Shown: positions 23,282-34,638 of the stretch, piece by piece
Numbering within the stretch: position 1 is the first letter of the stretch
How the letters are laid out: each line of letters begins with the position of its first letter
Source: Candidatus Omnitrophota bacterium
GTDB taxonomy: Bacteria > Omnitrophota > Gorgyraeia > Zapsychrales > Fredricksoniimonadaceae
NCBI GenBank assembly: GCA_903836515.1
Contig: CAILQW010000012.1
Span: 1,792 to 65,791 of the forward strand
Reading direction: 5' to 3'
Length of the DNA: 64,000 nucleotides
Program-made: the position numbers and the translations under genes
The notes under the pieces: generated by a model
Seen by the model: the letters and a program-made list of their open reading frames with translations, nothing else
What the model was told of the DNA's origin: nothing
Databases searched by the model: none

Positions 23282-23480
23282 AAACGCCTTTGGCCGCTTG
23301 GTCGCAATGATCCTTGCGACATCAAAAAAGAGCGTCCCCTGCGTCGTGCATTCAAAACCATGCGCCTACGGCTCATGAAACAATCATACGATCGACATGA
23401 GCCTCCGGGGGTCATGCTTTGCGGGGATCTTGCTTTATACCTCTATTTAAGAATCCCGGGGTTCTTTATCTGAAACGGCA

Positions 23481-24089
23481 TCAATGCGATGCCGCAGGAG
23501 ACGCCTGGAACGCAGGGTCCTGCCAGAGACCGCGCCCGGCCTTGCGTGCTTCACGGAACGCCTGGCGGAACTTATCGGCATAGCGGATATTGGGAGGGAT
23601 GGTCATGGGATAGGCGTAACCGTTACGGATGATATCTTCATTCACACAAAGGCCGTCGTCCACACGGTAAACATAGGCCAGAAGACGGCCGTACTTATCA
23701 CGCGTCTCGATATCAAACTCCAGGCGGACGCGGCGGCCTTCCAGCAAGGATTTTGTATAAAGACTGGCCTTGTGCCCCATGCGCAGAATATCAGGGACTG
23801 CGGTGCCGGAACGCGCCGCATCACGCAAAAGTTTCTTATTCTCGATGGATTCAGGGGTATCGATCCCGATAAAGCGGACCTTTTCGCCGTTGGCCAGCCT
23901 GATGGTGTCGCCGTCGTAAACATGCGCCACGTCCATCGCCGCATATGCCATGACGTTGACCGGTGCGGCGGGCGGAGCCTTGCGTCCAGGCGCGGAAAAA
24001 CGGGAAAAAGATCCCAGGATGGCGGCAGCCAAAACGACAACGACCACGGCAGGATGCGCCCCGCGGGGGATCTTGGGAAAACGCGGCAT
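23481..24089 (-). CDS. Thermonuclease (staphylococcal nuclease, SNase-like), secreted or membrane-anchored
   Basis: VYDGDTIRL..GEKVRFIGIDTPE...RDKYGRLLAYVY...NEDIIRNGYA SNase signature; N-terminal hydrophobic anchor. Confidence 0.8.
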   Translation of the reverse strand: MPRFPKIPRGAHPAVVVVVLAAAILGSFSRFSAPGRKAPPAAPVNVMAYAAMDVAHVYDGDTIRLANGEKVRFIGIDTPESIENKKLLRDAARSGTAVPDILRMGHKASLYTKSLLEGRRVRLEFDIETRDKYGRLLAYVYRVDDGLCVNEDIIRNGYAYPMTIPPNIRYADKFRQAFREARKAGRGLWQDPAFQASPAASH

Positions 24090-24090
24090 G

Positions 24091-25251
24091 TCAATCCGCA
24101 TCCTTGAGGCGGACAAGGTTTGAGGAAGGGTAATAAAAATCAAGGATCTGGCGGTAATTGTAGCGCATCATGGACATGCCGTACGCCCCCCACTGGCACA
24201 TCCCCACGCCGTGCCCCCAGCCGTAACCGACAAAATCCACGAACCAGCCTTTCATCTCGATATCGTACTTGTTGCTTTTAAGCACATTGGGCCCGATGAT
24301 ATCCCGGAACAATTTACCTTCGACCAGCTCCTCTTTCCCGTCGCGGGTGATAACCCGCAGTTTCCGGACACGGCCGCTCTTGTTGCGTTCCTCCACCCTG
24401 ATCTCCTGGATGAGCCCCAGATGATAACCGCGGGCATTGAGGGCATCCTGAATAGCCTTCAGGCGAAAATTCTGGCGCCAGCGGTAATGGGGCGAATCCA
24501 CGGAAAAAGGAGACTGGACCCCGCCTTTGAGCGGAGGGATATCAATATCCCAGAGCTCGGAGGCATCCTCGGTCACCCCGCCGCTATTGGCATGGAAGAA
24601 AGCGGGAAAAATCTTCCCGTTGTAGGTCAGAACCTCCCCGCGGGTCCGGCGGACGGCGACATTGGTGCGGTAACGCTCGGAATTCCTGCCGCCATAGACC
24701 TGGGAATACACGTCATTGGTCACATCGTAATCGTGAGCGGCAAACTTTTCCATGGAGTAAATGGCAAACGTCCGTGTCGCCACGGCCTGGGCCTTGATCG
24801 CCTCCAGCGGCCATTTGTCCGATATCTCGTGATACAGCACCCCGCGGATATACTGCTCAAGCTCGATGGAATTGACAACCGTGATATTCTCGCCATGGTT
24901 GTTGATGATGATGATATTCCCGCGGAAATGCTTGTCATTCACACTGACCAGATCTTCCCGGCGCGGGGCAATGATGAGGCGCACCGGATCGTACACACGG
25001 GCGCCGAGACGGAGCTTGCCTTTATCAAGGGCCACAAGGGTCGGACGCAGGCGGTTGCCCGACTCCAGCCGCGCCCCGGTCGTATAATCGACCACCTCAT
25101 AGCGGCCGTCCAAGGCAATGGTGAAATGATCCTCGTCTCGCAGGACCGCCACACGGACAAGGCGTGAGTTGGCCGTGACCACCCCGGCGTCCGCCAGGAA
25201 AAGAACGGCAAGGAACAACAGCATCACGCGCAAGATCCTGGGGAAAGTCAT
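24091..25251 (-). CDS. SpoIID/LytB domain protein
   Basis: [11 protein letters not shown] and [11 protein letters not shown] motifs; signal peptide. Confidence 0.8.
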   Translation of the reverse strand: MTFPRILRVMLLFLAVLFLADAGVVTANSRLVRVAVLRDEDHFTIALDGRYEVVDYTTGARLESGNRLRPTLVALDKGKLRLGARVYDPVRLIIAPRREDLVSVNDKHFRGNIIIINNHGENITVVNSIELEQYIRGVLYHEISDKWPLEAIKAQAVATRTFAIYSMEKFAAHDYDVTNDVYSQVYGGRNSERYRTNVAVRRTRGEVLTYNGKIFPAFFHANSGGVTEDASELWDIDIPPLKGGVQSPFSVDSPHYRWRQNFRLKAIQDALNARGYHLGLIQEIRVEERNKSGRVRKLRVITRDGKEELVEGKLFRDIIGPNVLKSNKYDIEMKGWFVDFVGYGWGHGVGMCQWGAYGMSMMRYNYRQILDFYYPSSNLVRLKDAD

Positions 25252-26240
25252 AACTGCTCCTTCGCCCTGGCTGTGATCTCGCGGCCGCGAGATGTGCGCC
25301 GGAGAAAACCGATCTTCAACAGATAGGGCTCAACCACGTCCACGATGGTGTCCGTTTCCTCATTCAGGGTCGCGGCCAGGGCTTCGATCCCCACAGGCCC
25401 GCCATCGTACTGGTCGCGGATCACTGTCAATATCTTGCGGTCAAAACGGTCAAGGCCATGGGCATCGATATGCAGGCGTTCCATGGCTTCCTCGACGACC
25501 GGGAGGCGCAGCACCAGCCCCCCTGTCCTGACCTGGGCATAATCGCGCATGCGCTTGAGGAGGCGGTTGGCCACACGCGGGGTCCCGCGCGAACGCCGCG
25601 CCACCTCCAGGGCTGCCACGGCATCAATATCCACGTTAAGCTTGCGCGCCGAACGGCTGATGATCTCGGCCAGATCCTCGGGTTCATAAAAATCGAGGTG
25701 GTGGAAAATACCGAAACGGTCCCGGAGCGGCGAGGCCAGAAGGCCGCTGCGGGTTGTCGCGCCGATGAGCGTAAAGGGTTTGAGGCTGAAATTGATCGTC
25801 CTGGCGTAGGGCCCCTTGTCAACCACGAAATCGATCTTGAAATTCTCCATGGCCGGATAAAGGAACTCCTCGACAGTCTTGGAAAGGCGGTGGATCTCGT
25901 CGATAAAAAGGATATCCCCCTGCTCGAGGTTGGTGAGGATGCCGATAAAATCCCCGGCGCGTTCGATCGCCGGGCCCGACGTCACGGTAATGCGCCCGCC
26001 CATTTCATGGGCAATGATGTGCGCCAGGGACGTCTTGCCGAGACCGGGCGGCCCCGAAAAGAGCATGTGCTCCAGCGGTTCGCCGCGCTGACGGGCCGCT
26101 TCGATGGCGACTTTGATATTGCTGACAAGCTCTTTCTGGCCGACAAAATCGGCCAGATGCGCAGGCCGCAGCGAGAGGCTGGTGACCCGGTCCTCTTCGG
26201 TCTCCTGGGTATTGAGGGCGACACGCTTGAGTTCTTCCAT
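25248..26240 (-). CDS. ruvB: Holliday junction helicase RuvB
   Basis: [11 protein letters not shown] Walker A, FIDEIHRL, winged-helix C-terminus. The ATG at 26240 overlaps the scpA stop (ATGA); the ORF-track N-terminal extension is rejected. Confidence 0.9.
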   Translation of the reverse strand: MEELKRVALNTQETEEDRVTSLSLRPAHLADFVGQKELVSNIKVAIEAARQRGEPLEHMLFSGPPGLGKTSLAHIIAHEMGGRITVTSGPAIERAGDFIGILTNLEQGDILFIDEIHRLSKTVEEFLYPAMENFKIDFVVDKGPYARTINFSLKPFTLIGATTRSGLLASPLRDRFGIFHHLDFYEPEDLAEIISRSARKLNVDIDAVAALEVARRSRGTPRVANRLLKRMRDYAQVRTGGLVLRLPVVEEAMERLHIDAHGLDRFDRKILTVIRDQYDGGPVGIEALAATLNEETDTIVDVVEPYLLKIGFLRRTSRGREITARAKEQL

Positions 26241-26989
26241 CAGGCGTCCGGTTGTTGCTGAACCGCAATATTTTCCGTGTTGCGCAACAGCTCGATATCC
26301 GCGAACATGCGCTTCTGGGCAATGACCACTTCCTTCATTTTGCACAACTCCAGGACAGCCATGAACGTGACGATGAGCTCCAGCTTGTCGCGGGCCCCTT
26401 CAAAAAGTTCCCGCAGGGTCATGCTGGCACGGCCGGTGAGCAGATGCAGGATATTGTGAACCTTTTCTTCCACCGTGTACTCTTCGCGCTGGACTTCATA
26501 GGCGGACCGAACAGGCTTGTTCGCCATGGCCTGGGTCAGCGCCGTGATAAGGTCGAACAGATTCGCCTCGAAGTACACTTCCTTGGCGTCTTCCCTGAGG
26601 CCAGCCAAGGCTTCCTCATCCAGACGGCGCGGAAAAAGGTCCTGGCGCTGGTCTGCCTTCAGCCGCAGGGCTTCGGCCGCTTCCTTGATACGCTGGTATT
26701 CCTCAAGGCGGCGGACAAGCTCGGTCCGCGGGTCTTCCTCGGCCTGGACCTCGGCAGGATCCGGCGGCAGGAGCATCTTTGACTTGATCTGCAGGAGCGT
26801 GGCCGCCATGACCAGGAAATCACCGATCCCGTCCAGGTCGAGCAGCTTCATCATATCAATGTACTGGATATACTGATCCGTAACCTGGGCAATGGGAATA
26901 TCGTAAATGTCGACCTCATCCTTGCGGATAAGATACAACAGAAGGTCGAGGGGGCCTTCGAATTTTTCAAGTTGGATTTTGCAGGTCAT
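26240..26989 (-). CDS. scpA: Segregation and condensation protein A
   Basis: [31 protein letters not shown] kleisin N-terminal motif. Confidence 0.85.
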   Translation of the reverse strand: MTCKIQLEKFEGPLDLLLYLIRKDEVDIYDIPIAQVTDQYIQYIDMMKLLDLDGIGDFLVMAATLLQIKSKMLLPPDPAEVQAEEDPRTELVRRLEEYQRIKEAAEALRLKADQRQDLFPRRLDEEALAGLREDAKEVYFEANLFDLITALTQAMANKPVRSAYEVQREEYTVEEKVHNILHLLTGRASMTLRELFEGARDKLELIVTFMAVLELCKMKEVVIAQKRMFADIELLRNTENIAVQQQPDA

Positions 26990-26992
26990 AGC

Positions 26993-27970
26993 CTAAAAAA
27001 CCGCCTGACGGACTTCCTTCATCGTGGCCGCAGCAATAGCTCCGGCGCGCATGGCGCCATCACGCAGAACTTCCGTGATGTACCCCTTGTCGGCCAGGAT
27101 CCTGACACGCGACTCCCTGATCGGGCGCAGGTACTCGATGAGCCCCTCGGCCAGGATTTTCTTGCAGTCCGTGCACCCTTTGGCCGCCCCTTCACACCAG
27201 GCACGCACTTCGGTCTCCCGGGCCGGCAGGAACGCCTTGTAATAGGCAAAAACATTGCAATCATCCGGATGGCCCGCATCTTTGAGGCGCTGACGCCTGG
27301 GGTCGGTCATCATGCCGGCGGCCTTGCGCAGGATCTCCTCGGGTGCATCGCACAGGTTGATGGTGTTCCCGTAGCTTTTGGACATTTTTCGCCCGTCGAG
27401 CCCCATCAAGCGCGGAACGGGTGTCAGGATGGCCGCACAATCCTCAAACACATCTTTTTTATAGATAAAATTGAACCGCCGGGATATTTCACGCGTCAGT
27501 TCAAGGTGCGGGAGCTGGTCCTCCCCGATAGGGACGGCCCCCGCCTTGTAAAGCAGGATGTCCGCCGCCTGGAGCACCGGATAACCCAAAAAAGCGTAGG
27601 TCTGAAGGTCGCGCGTGGTCACCTCGCGCAGTTGTTCCTTGTAGGTCGGATTGCGTTCGAGCCAGCCCAGCGGTGTCAGACACGAAAGGATCATCTGCAG
27701 TTCAAGATGCTGGGGCACATCCGACTGGACAAAGATAATGGAACGCTTGGGGTCGATCCCGCAGGCCAGCCAGTCCGCAGCCATTTCCAGGATATTCACC
27801 GCCATGCCGGCGCTGTGCTCGTACTCGCCCATGAGCGCATGCCAGTCGGCAATGGAATAAACACAACGGTGGGTATCCTGAAGCCTGACCCAGCTGTCAA
27901 GCGCGCCTACAAGGTGGCCCAGATGGAGCTTCCCCGTCGGACGCATGCCGCTGAAAACGGTCTTCATCAC
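26993..27970 (-). CDS. trpS: Tryptophan--tRNA ligase
   Basis: SGMRPTGKLHLGH (HIGH) and KMSKS motifs. Confidence 0.9.
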   Translation of the reverse strand: MMKTVFSGMRPTGKLHLGHLVGALDSWVRLQDTHRCVYSIADWHALMGEYEHSAGMAVNILEMAADWLACGIDPKRSIIFVQSDVPQHLELQMILSCLTPLGWLERNPTYKEQLREVTTRDLQTYAFLGYPVLQAADILLYKAGAVPIGEDQLPHLELTREISRRFNFIYKKDVFEDCAAILTPVPRLMGLDGRKMSKSYGNTINLCDAPEEILRKAAGMMTDPRRQRLKDAGHPDDCNVFAYYKAFLPARETEVRAWCEGAAKGCTDCKKILAEGLIEYLRPIRESRVRILADKGYITEVLRDGAMRAGAIAAATMKEVRQAVF

Positions 27971-30462
27971 AATTTCCTGGCGATCTGTTCAACCTGGAAC
28001 GCTTCGATGATATCCCCGACCTGGTACCCGGTGAATTTCTCCACCGAAATGCCGCATTCGAAGCCTTCACCGACTTCCTTGACATCGTCCTTGAAACGCT
28101 TGAGGGCGGAAATACGGCCCGTATGGATCGTTTCGCCGTTACGGATCACATCCACATCCATTTTCTGGCGGACACGCCCCTTAAGGATAAAGCACCCGGC
28201 CACAAGCCCGGATTTCGTCAGGTTGAAAACCTGGCGGACCTCGGCGCGCGCGATAAAATGCCGCTTGGTATCGGGCTTGAGCAGGCCTTCCAGCGCCGCC
28301 TTCATTTCGTTGACCGCATCGTAGATGATGTTGTAACGGCGGACATCCACCGGCGTTTTCTCAAGTTCGGCGTTCGCGTCGGCATTCATCCCGACGCTAA
28401 AGGCGATGATAATGGCCTTGGAGGCATGCGCCAGGATGATATCCGACGCATTGACATCGCCCACCGCATTGTGGATGAACTTGATGTTGACTTCCTTATT
28501 CGTATTGGGCACCTTGGCCAGGGACTCGCGCAGCGCCTCGAGCGACCCCTGCACATCCGCCTTGAGCACAATGTTAAGTTCCTGGACCTCACCGGCTTTT
28601 TTCTGGGCCAGAAGGTCTTCCAGCGTGATCTTGTTGGTATTCTTCAACCGGTCCACCTTGAACTTGTCCATGCGTGTCCCGGAAATATCACGCGCGATCT
28701 TCTCGGTCTCGACAACAAAAAACTTCTCGCCCGCTTCAGGCACCGCCGAAAGGCCCAGCACCTCGACAGGCATCGACGGCCCCGCGGCATGGATGTGCCG
28801 CTGATGGTCATCGAAGATGGCCTTGACCTTGCCATAATACGGTCCGACCACCACAATATCACCCTCCCGAAGCGTGCCGCCCTGGACAATGAGCGTCGCG
28901 ACCGCACCGCGGCCGGGACTCAAATGGGCCTCAACCACGATCCCCGACGCCTTCTTGTCGGGATTGGCCTTCAGCTCGAGGATTTCGGCCTCCAGGAGGA
29001 TCATCTCCAGCAGTCCGTCGACACCCTCTCCCGTAAGGGCTGATACAGGGGCCACAACAGTCTTGCCGCCCCATTCCTCGGGCATGAGATCATGCTCCAT
29101 GAACTGTTTCTTGACCCGCTCGGGATCTGCGTCCTGACGATCGATCTTGTTAAGCGCAACAATAATGGGAACCCCTGCGGCCTTGGCATGGTCGATGGCC
29201 TCAATGGTCTGGGGCATGATGCCTTCATTGGCCGCGACCACAAGGACAACGAGGTCCGTGACGTGAGCCCCCCTGGCGCGCATCGCGGTGAACGCGGCAT
29301 GGCCCGGCGTATCCAGGAACGTGATGGTCCCCTTGTTGATCGCCACCGAATAGGCGCGGATATGCTGGGTGATGCCGCCGTGTTCTGTATCCACGACCTT
29401 GGTCTTGCGGATAAAATCCATGAGGGATGTCTTGCCGTGATCGACGTGACCCATGAAGGTAACGATCGGCGCCCGGGGTTCAAGCGTCTCGGGGGCGTCT
29501 TTCGCGCTGTCATGCAGGTCGATGAGCTGTTCTTCCTGGGATTTCATCTGGACAAGGTTGTAGCCGAAAGCTTCGCATATCTTGCGGGCGATGTCCTCGC
29601 CGAGATTCTGGTTGATGTTGGCAAACATACCCATCCCCATAAGGATCTTAAGGACGGCATTGGCCTTCTCCTGGATGCGGAAGGCAAGGTCTCCGACCGT
29701 AATGGGAGTCTTGATCTCGATATCCCGCAGCGGCCCCTCGTATTTGGCGGGCCCCTGGGGCACGGAAGGCTGCAGCGGTGCGGCAGCGGCAGACGCCTGC
29801 GGTGCCAGCTGCTGGGCTGCGGCATGGGCGTTACGGGCCGCCTGGATGGCCGCCTGTTCCTCTTCCCGGCGCTTGGCCAGCGGCTTGACAGAAATAAACT
29901 GGGGTTGTTCCTTGGGTACAACCTTCTTGATAACCGTCGTGACTTTCTTCCCGTCGGCATCAGTGGTGGTGACCTGCTCTATGGTCACATTTTCAAACTG
30001 CGACATCTCATTGGGGACCACAGGAGCGGCCTCAGCGGGACCTTCGACAGACCTGGCATCAGGAGCCCTGACAACGGGCTTGGGCACCTCCATGGGCTTG
30101 GGCTCAGGCTTGGTAACAATGCGCACCGTCACATGCTCGGGCGCAGGTTCCTTGGCCTTGTCCTCGGCAGCATCTTTCGACCTGGAGGCCGCCTTCTTCT
30201 TAGGCGCCGTCGCAGGCTTTTCCCCGTGCACATCAGCCGGTTTTCGGGCCGGCGCTTTCTTCCTGGGGGCAGGCTTGGGAGCTTCCTCTTCTTTTTCCTG
30301 GGGAATGAGCCCCTTCGCCTCCAGCTCGCTCCTCAACAAGGCAAGCACCCCGGGACTCAATGCCTGGGCATCACCTTTGGCGCGCAATTTGAGCGCCTTC
30401 AGTGTTGCGAGAACGAGGTCCTCGCTGATGTTGTATTTGCTGACCAGATCCCTGACTAACAT
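27967..30462 (-). CDS. infB: Translation initiation factor IF-2
   Basis: [13 protein letters not shown]1 motif, DTPGH, NKID; 831 aa with a low-complexity N-terminal region. Confidence 0.95.
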   Translation of the reverse strand: MLVRDLVSKYNISEDLVLATLKALKLRAKGDAQALSPGVLALLRSELEAKGLIPQEKEEEAPKPAPRKKAPARKPADVHGEKPATAPKKKAASRSKDAAEDKAKEPAPEHVTVRIVTKPEPKPMEVPKPVVRAPDARSVEGPAEAAPVVPNEMSQFENVTIEQVTTTDADGKKVTTVIKKVVPKEQPQFISVKPLAKRREEEQAAIQAARNAHAAAQQLAPQASAAAAPLQPSVPQGPAKYEGPLRDIEIKTPITVGDLAFRIQEKANAVLKILMGMGMFANINQNLGEDIARKICEAFGYNLVQMKSQEEQLIDLHDSAKDAPETLEPRAPIVTFMGHVDHGKTSLMDFIRKTKVVDTEHGGITQHIRAYSVAINKGTITFLDTPGHAAFTAMRARGAHVTDLVVLVVAANEGIMPQTIEAIDHAKAAGVPIIVALNKIDRQDADPERVKKQFMEHDLMPEEWGGKTVVAPVSALTGEGVDGLLEMILLEAEILELKANPDKKASGIVVEAHLSPGRGAVATLIVQGGTLREGDIVVVGPYYGKVKAIFDDHQRHIHAAGPSMPVEVLGLSAVPEAGEKFFVVETEKIARDISGTRMDKFKVDRLKNTNKITLEDLLAQKKAGEVQELNIVLKADVQGSLEALRESLAKVPNTNKEVNIKFIHNAVGDVNASDIILAHASKAIIIAFSVGMNADANAELEKTPVDVRRYNIIYDAVNEMKAALEGLLKPDTKRHFIARAEVRQVFNLTKSGLVAGCFILKGRVRQKMDVDVIRNGETIHTGRISALKRFKDDVKEVGEGFECGISVEKFTGYQVGDIIEAFQVEQIARKL

Positions 30463-30542
30463 ATATCGTTGTCTTTCCGGGTTTAGAACCCTAGATGCTC
30501 TTTACTCCGCGCTCCCTCGCACAAGCGGGATGGCGCACGGCG

Positions 30543-31631
30543 TCACTGTTCGGAAGTGGTGTCCTGGGACTCCGCATTGTCCGCAGGCTCGGCATCACCC
30601 GCCGGCTCCGGCGTGTCATCCATGCGTTGCTCGACTACCTCCTCAACAACCACTTCCACGGTCTCACCCTGCTGCTGTTTAATGTGCTCCTCCCACTGGT
30701 TGGCCGAGAAAATATCCAGCTCCCATCCCAACAGGCGCCCGGCCAGGCGGACATTCTGACCGTAACGGCCGATGGCGATGGACAACTGGTCGTCGGCCAC
30801 AATGATGTTGGCCTTCTTCTCGGTGCTCAATAACTGCATCTGCGAGATCTCCGCCGGAGAAAGCGCGGCCTGGATATATTCCTTGATATCCGGGGAATAA
30901 CGGACGATATCGATCTTCTCGCCGTGGAGTTCGTTGACAATATTCTTCACACGCGAACCGCGCATGCCGACACAGGCGCCCACACAGTCCACCTTTTCGT
31001 CCTTGGAATACACCGAGATCTTGGTGCGCTCCCCAGGATCGCGGGCGATGGCCTTTACCTCAATGATGCCCTCGTAGATCTCGGGAACTTCCAGTTCGAA
31101 AAGGCGTTTGACAAAATTCGGATGGGCACGGGACAGGACGATCTGCGGCCCGCGCGACTCGCGCTGGACCTCAAGGATGAAGGCACGGACGCGGTCCCCC
31201 TGCTTGAATTCTTCCTTGCCGCACAGTTCACTGCGCGGGATAACCGCCTCGGTCTTGCCGAGATCCACGATAACGCTGCCACGGTCAAAACGGTAGACAC
31301 TGCCGGAAATGATCTGCCCGACACGGATGCTGTATTCGTTGTAGACAACGTCCTTTTCCGCTTCACGGATCTTCTGGAAAACGACCTGCTTGGCGGTCTG
31401 GGCCGCGATCCGCCCGAACTCGCTGGAACGAATCTCCTGGCCGTTGGCGAATGCCTGGATCTTGCCGGTCTTCAGGTCGAGCTTGGCCGTGACATCCTCT
31501 TCCTTGCCCACGGTCCAGACCTTGCGCGCAGCCGACGCCACCGCCGCCTCAACCGCCTCGATGAGAACTTCTTTGGCAATACCCTTATCGCGTTCGATCT
31601 GCTCAAGGATCGTTATCAATTCACTTTCCAT
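30543..31631 (-). CDS. nusA: Transcription termination/antitermination factor NusA
   Basis: S1 plus KH domains; rimP-nusA-infB order. Confidence 0.95.
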   Translation of the reverse strand: MESELITILEQIERDKGIAKEVLIEAVEAAVASAARKVWTVGKEEDVTAKLDLKTGKIQAFANGQEIRSSEFGRIAAQTAKQVVFQKIREAEKDVVYNEYSIRVGQIISGSVYRFDRGSVIVDLGKTEAVIPRSELCGKEEFKQGDRVRAFILEVQRESRGPQIVLSRAHPNFVKRLFELEVPEIYEGIIEVKAIARDPGERTKISVYSKDEKVDCVGACVGMRGSRVKNIVNELHGEKIDIVRYSPDIKEYIQAALSPAEISQMQLLSTEKKANIIVADDQLSIAIGRYGQNVRLAGRLLGWELDIFSANQWEEHIKQQQGETVEVVVEEVVEQRMDDTPEPAGDAEPADNAESQDTTSEQ

Positions 31632-31643
31632 AAACTCCCTCTT

Positions 31644-32108
31644 TTAGTTAATGATCTGCCTGGCTTTTTCTATCTTACCCATAGGGACGACCACATCTCC
31701 CTGACGTGTCTTTAAAATCGCATCCGTTTCAGACACGGCATCCAGAAGACCGGAAACCTCATGCCTGCCATTCACCTGTTCTTTCAAAAAAACCTGCACC
31801 TCGCGGCCAAGGACACGCCGCAGGTCGCGGTATCCCCTGAGGGTGCGGTCGAGGCCCGGGGATGACACCTCAAGGGTATAATTATCCCCCAGGTCCAGCC
31901 CGTTGTCCAGCGCGGCGGCAAGGCGCTTGTTGAGCGCAGCGCACGCGTCCATCCCGATGCCGCCCTCCGGCCTGTCCGCAAAGACCTGGATATGCACATC
32001 GCCCCGGTGGGCGCGCACGTTCACCTCCACGATCTCGATGGCAAGCGCAGCGCAAACAGGCTGTGCCAGCCGGGTGACACTGTCGATCAAGGTATCGAAA
32101 TTTTCCAT
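31644..32108 (-). CDS. rimP: Ribosome maturation factor RimP
   Basis: Size, position upstream of nusA, LEVSSPGLDR motif. Confidence 0.85.
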   Translation of the reverse strand: MENFDTLIDSVTRLAQPVCAALAIEIVEVNVRAHRGDVHIQVFADRPEGGIGMDACAALNKRLAAALDNGLDLGDNYTLEVSSPGLDRTLRGYRDLRRVLGREVQVFLKEQVNGRHEVSGLLDAVSETDAILKTRQGDVVVPMGKIEKARQIIN

Positions 32109-32132
32109 AACAGCCCCGTCCTGCCGGCGCGC

Positions 32133-33323
32133 TTACCGCGCCGGGATCAAAAGGCGCAGAAGATGCCCGACGGCCATATCCACCGGAACGCTCTCGACCA
32201 CGCCGCTGGCACGGTCTTTGATCTCGACTTTGCCTTCCTGAAGTCCGCGCCTGCCGATGGTCACGCGGTAAGGTATGCCGATGAGGTCTGCGTCGTTAAA
32301 CTTGCGTCCGGCGCTTTCGTCACGATCGTCCATTAAAACATCAATTCCCTGTTTTGTCAACCCGTCGTAAACACCCCCGGCCACAGCCATGGTTTCCGGG
32401 TCGCCGGCCTGGACCGGAAGGACCTCAACCATGAAGGGCGCCACACCCGCCGGCCAGCATATCCCCTTGGGGTCATGGCAGACTTCAATGATCGCGGCCA
32501 GCAGGCGGCTGACACCGATCCCGTAACACCCCATCACGATGGGCTGCTGCTTCCCGGTCTCATCAAGGTACAGGGCCGACATGGCCTGGGTATAACGCGT
32601 CCCCAGCTGGAAAATATGGCCGACCTCGATGGAGGCATGCTCGACACCGTTCTCATCCTTCACCTTGTCTTCACCGATGGGCGCCGGAACAAGGAATTCG
32701 TGGGAGATCTTCCCTCCCATGGCCCCGCTGTCCGCCTCGGCAATAATGGGCTTAAGGCCGCAGCGCGCAAAAATACGGGTATAGGCCTCATACATGGCGG
32801 CGTAACTTTTCTTCAGGCCGGCATCATCGGTGTCGAAGCTGTAGGCGTCTTTCATGATGAACTCACAGGCGCGCACCACGCCGAAACGGGGACGGGTCTC
32901 ATCGCGGAATTTTGTCTGGATCTGATAAAGGGTCACCGGCAGCTGGCGGTACGACTGGACAAAACTCTTCACCAGGTCCGTGATGATCTCCTCATGCGTC
33001 GGGCCAAGGCACATGGCCGTGCCCTTCTTGTTCTTGAAACGGATCATGACATCCTCAAGGGTCTTGTCGCGCCCTGTCTGCTGCCAGATCTCCAGCGGAT
33101 GGATGGCCGGCATCAAGAGTTCGTGCGCCCCGGCGGCCCCCATCTCTTCCCGGATGATATGCTTGATCTTCGCCAGGACACGCAGCCCCAGGGGCAGATA
33201 GGAATACACCCCCGACGTGAGCATGTGCACAAGACCCGCGCGCAACAGAAGCTGATGACTGGCCGCTTCGGCGCCTGCCGGGGCTTCCTTCAGTGTGGGG
33301 ATAAAATAGGTTGACCACTTCAT
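32133..33323 (-). CDS. proS: Proline--tRNA ligase (bacterial-type, lacking the INS editing domain)
   Basis: Class II aaRS motifs (FRDE, GGKISHEF) and C-terminal anticodon-binding domain; ~396 aa from ATG 33323. Confidence 0.85.
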   Translation of the reverse strand: MKWSTYFIPTLKEAPAGAEAASHQLLLRAGLVHMLTSGVYSYLPLGLRVLAKIKHIIREEMGAAGAHELLMPAIHPLEIWQQTGRDKTLEDVMIRFKNKKGTAMCLGPTHEEIITDLVKSFVQSYRQLPVTLYQIQTKFRDETRPRFGVVRACEFIMKDAYSFDTDDAGLKKSYAAMYEAYTRIFARCGLKPIIAEADSGAMGGKISHEFLVPAPIGEDKVKDENGVEHASIEVGHIFQLGTRYTQAMSALYLDETGKQQPIVMGCYGIGVSRLLAAIIEVCHDPKGICWPAGVAPFMVEVLPVQAGDPETMAVAGGVYDGLTKQGIDVLMDDRDESAGRKFNDADLIGIPYRVTIGRRGLQEGKVEIKDRASGVVESVPVDMAVGHLLRLLIPAR

Positions 33324-33342
33324 ACGTTGATACCTCTTTCCG

Positions 33343-34623
33343 TTATGCGAATTCCTGCGGAAGGTGGACATTCCGCTTCTCGAACTTGTCGGCGAACGAC
33401 GGGCGCTTGCGCGCGGTCACCCAGTCGCCGGAGATCTTTCCGGTCACCGGGTCGACCGCTTCCTGCTTGAACGTATAAAGGTTATCCAGGGCAATGGTGT
33501 CGGCGTCCTTGTCGTAGCGCAGGTCCGTGACATAGGTCACACGGCGCACCCCGTCCATGAAGAGTTCCGAATAAACGATGAGGTCGATGGATCTGCCGAT
33601 CTGCTGGCGTATCTGGTCGCCGGAAAGACGTATGCCCGACATGAGCATCATGCTGATCATGCGGTGAAAACACTCCTCGGGAGAATCCGCGTGCACGATC
33701 GCCAGGGTGCCGGAATGGCCTGAAGAGATGGACTGGATCATGTCCAGGATTTCGTCGCCCCTGACCTCGCCGACAATGATCCTGTCCGGGCGCATGCGCA
33801 GGGTATTGATGAACAGGTCCCTGGTCGTGACCTGCCCCTTGCCTTCGATATTGACCGCCTTGGACTGAAGATTGATCACATGTTCCTGGAGAAGCCGAAG
33901 TTCCGAGGTATCCTCGATGGTGATGATGCGCTCCTCCTCGGGGATATGCCGTGAAAGAACATTGAGGATCGTCGTTTTCCCGGAACCGGTGGCCCCGCAA
34001 AAAACGATGTTCAATTTGGCCTTGATGGCACAGATCAGGAAATCCGCCATCCCGCGGTTGATGGTGCCCAGGCCGATCAGATTGTCCAGGGTGCTGATAT
34101 CGCGCGAAAACTTGCGGATGGTCATCACCGCACCCAAAAGAGCGCACGGCGGGATGATGATATTGACGCGGGAACCGTCGGGCATCGAGAAATCCACGTA
34201 AGGGGATGACTCATCGATACGCCGCGGCGACCCGGAGGATGTCAGGATCTTCTGGATCGTATGCATGAGCTGGGCATTATCCTCGAAGGCAACTGTCGTC
34301 TTGGTGATCCTGCCTTTTTTCTGGATATAAACGCTTTTGGGGCCGTTGATCATGATCTCCGTGATGTCCGCATCTTCCATGAGGGGGCGCAGGGGGCCCA
34401 GGCTCACCGCAGCGGCGGTAAGCTCGCGGATCAGGCGCACACGATTTTCAAAAGAGACCGTCAGATCGCTCTCGCGGGCAAGCTCGTTGATCGCCTTGTC
34501 CACAAAGAGGCGCATCTGGTCCTCGTTCATGGTGTCCTTGACCTTCAGGAAATCCGTCCTGGCAATCAGAAACCTGTGCAGTCGCGTCTTGACTTCATCG
34601 TAATCGGCCTCAATGGGCGGCAT
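33343..34623 (-). CDS. CpaF/TadA-family secretion ATPase (type II/IV secretion NTPase), orphan
   Basis: GATGSGKTT Walker A, DRIIVGEVRG Walker B, His box. No tad/cpa partners nearby; it sits between rseP and proS. Confidence 0.8.
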   Translation of the reverse strand: MPPIEADYDEVKTRLHRFLIARTDFLKVKDTMNEDQMRLFVDKAINELARESDLTVSFENRVRLIRELTAAAVSLGPLRPLMEDADITEIMINGPKSVYIQKKGRITKTTVAFEDNAQLMHTIQKILTSSGSPRRIDESSPYVDFSMPDGSRVNIIIPPCALLGAVMTIRKFSRDISTLDNLIGLGTINRGMADFLICAIKAKLNIVFCGATGSGKTTILNVLSRHIPEEERIITIEDTSELRLLQEHVINLQSKAVNIEGKGQVTTRDLFINTLRMRPDRIIVGEVRGDEILDMIQSISSGHSGTLAIVHADSPEECFHRMISMMLMSGIRLSGDQIRQQIGRSIDLIVYSELFMDGVRRVTYVTDLRYDKDADTIALDNLYTFKQEAVDPVTGKISGDWVTARKRPSFADKFEKRNVHLPQEFA

Positions 34624-34638
34624 AAGTTCTCCTCGTGT

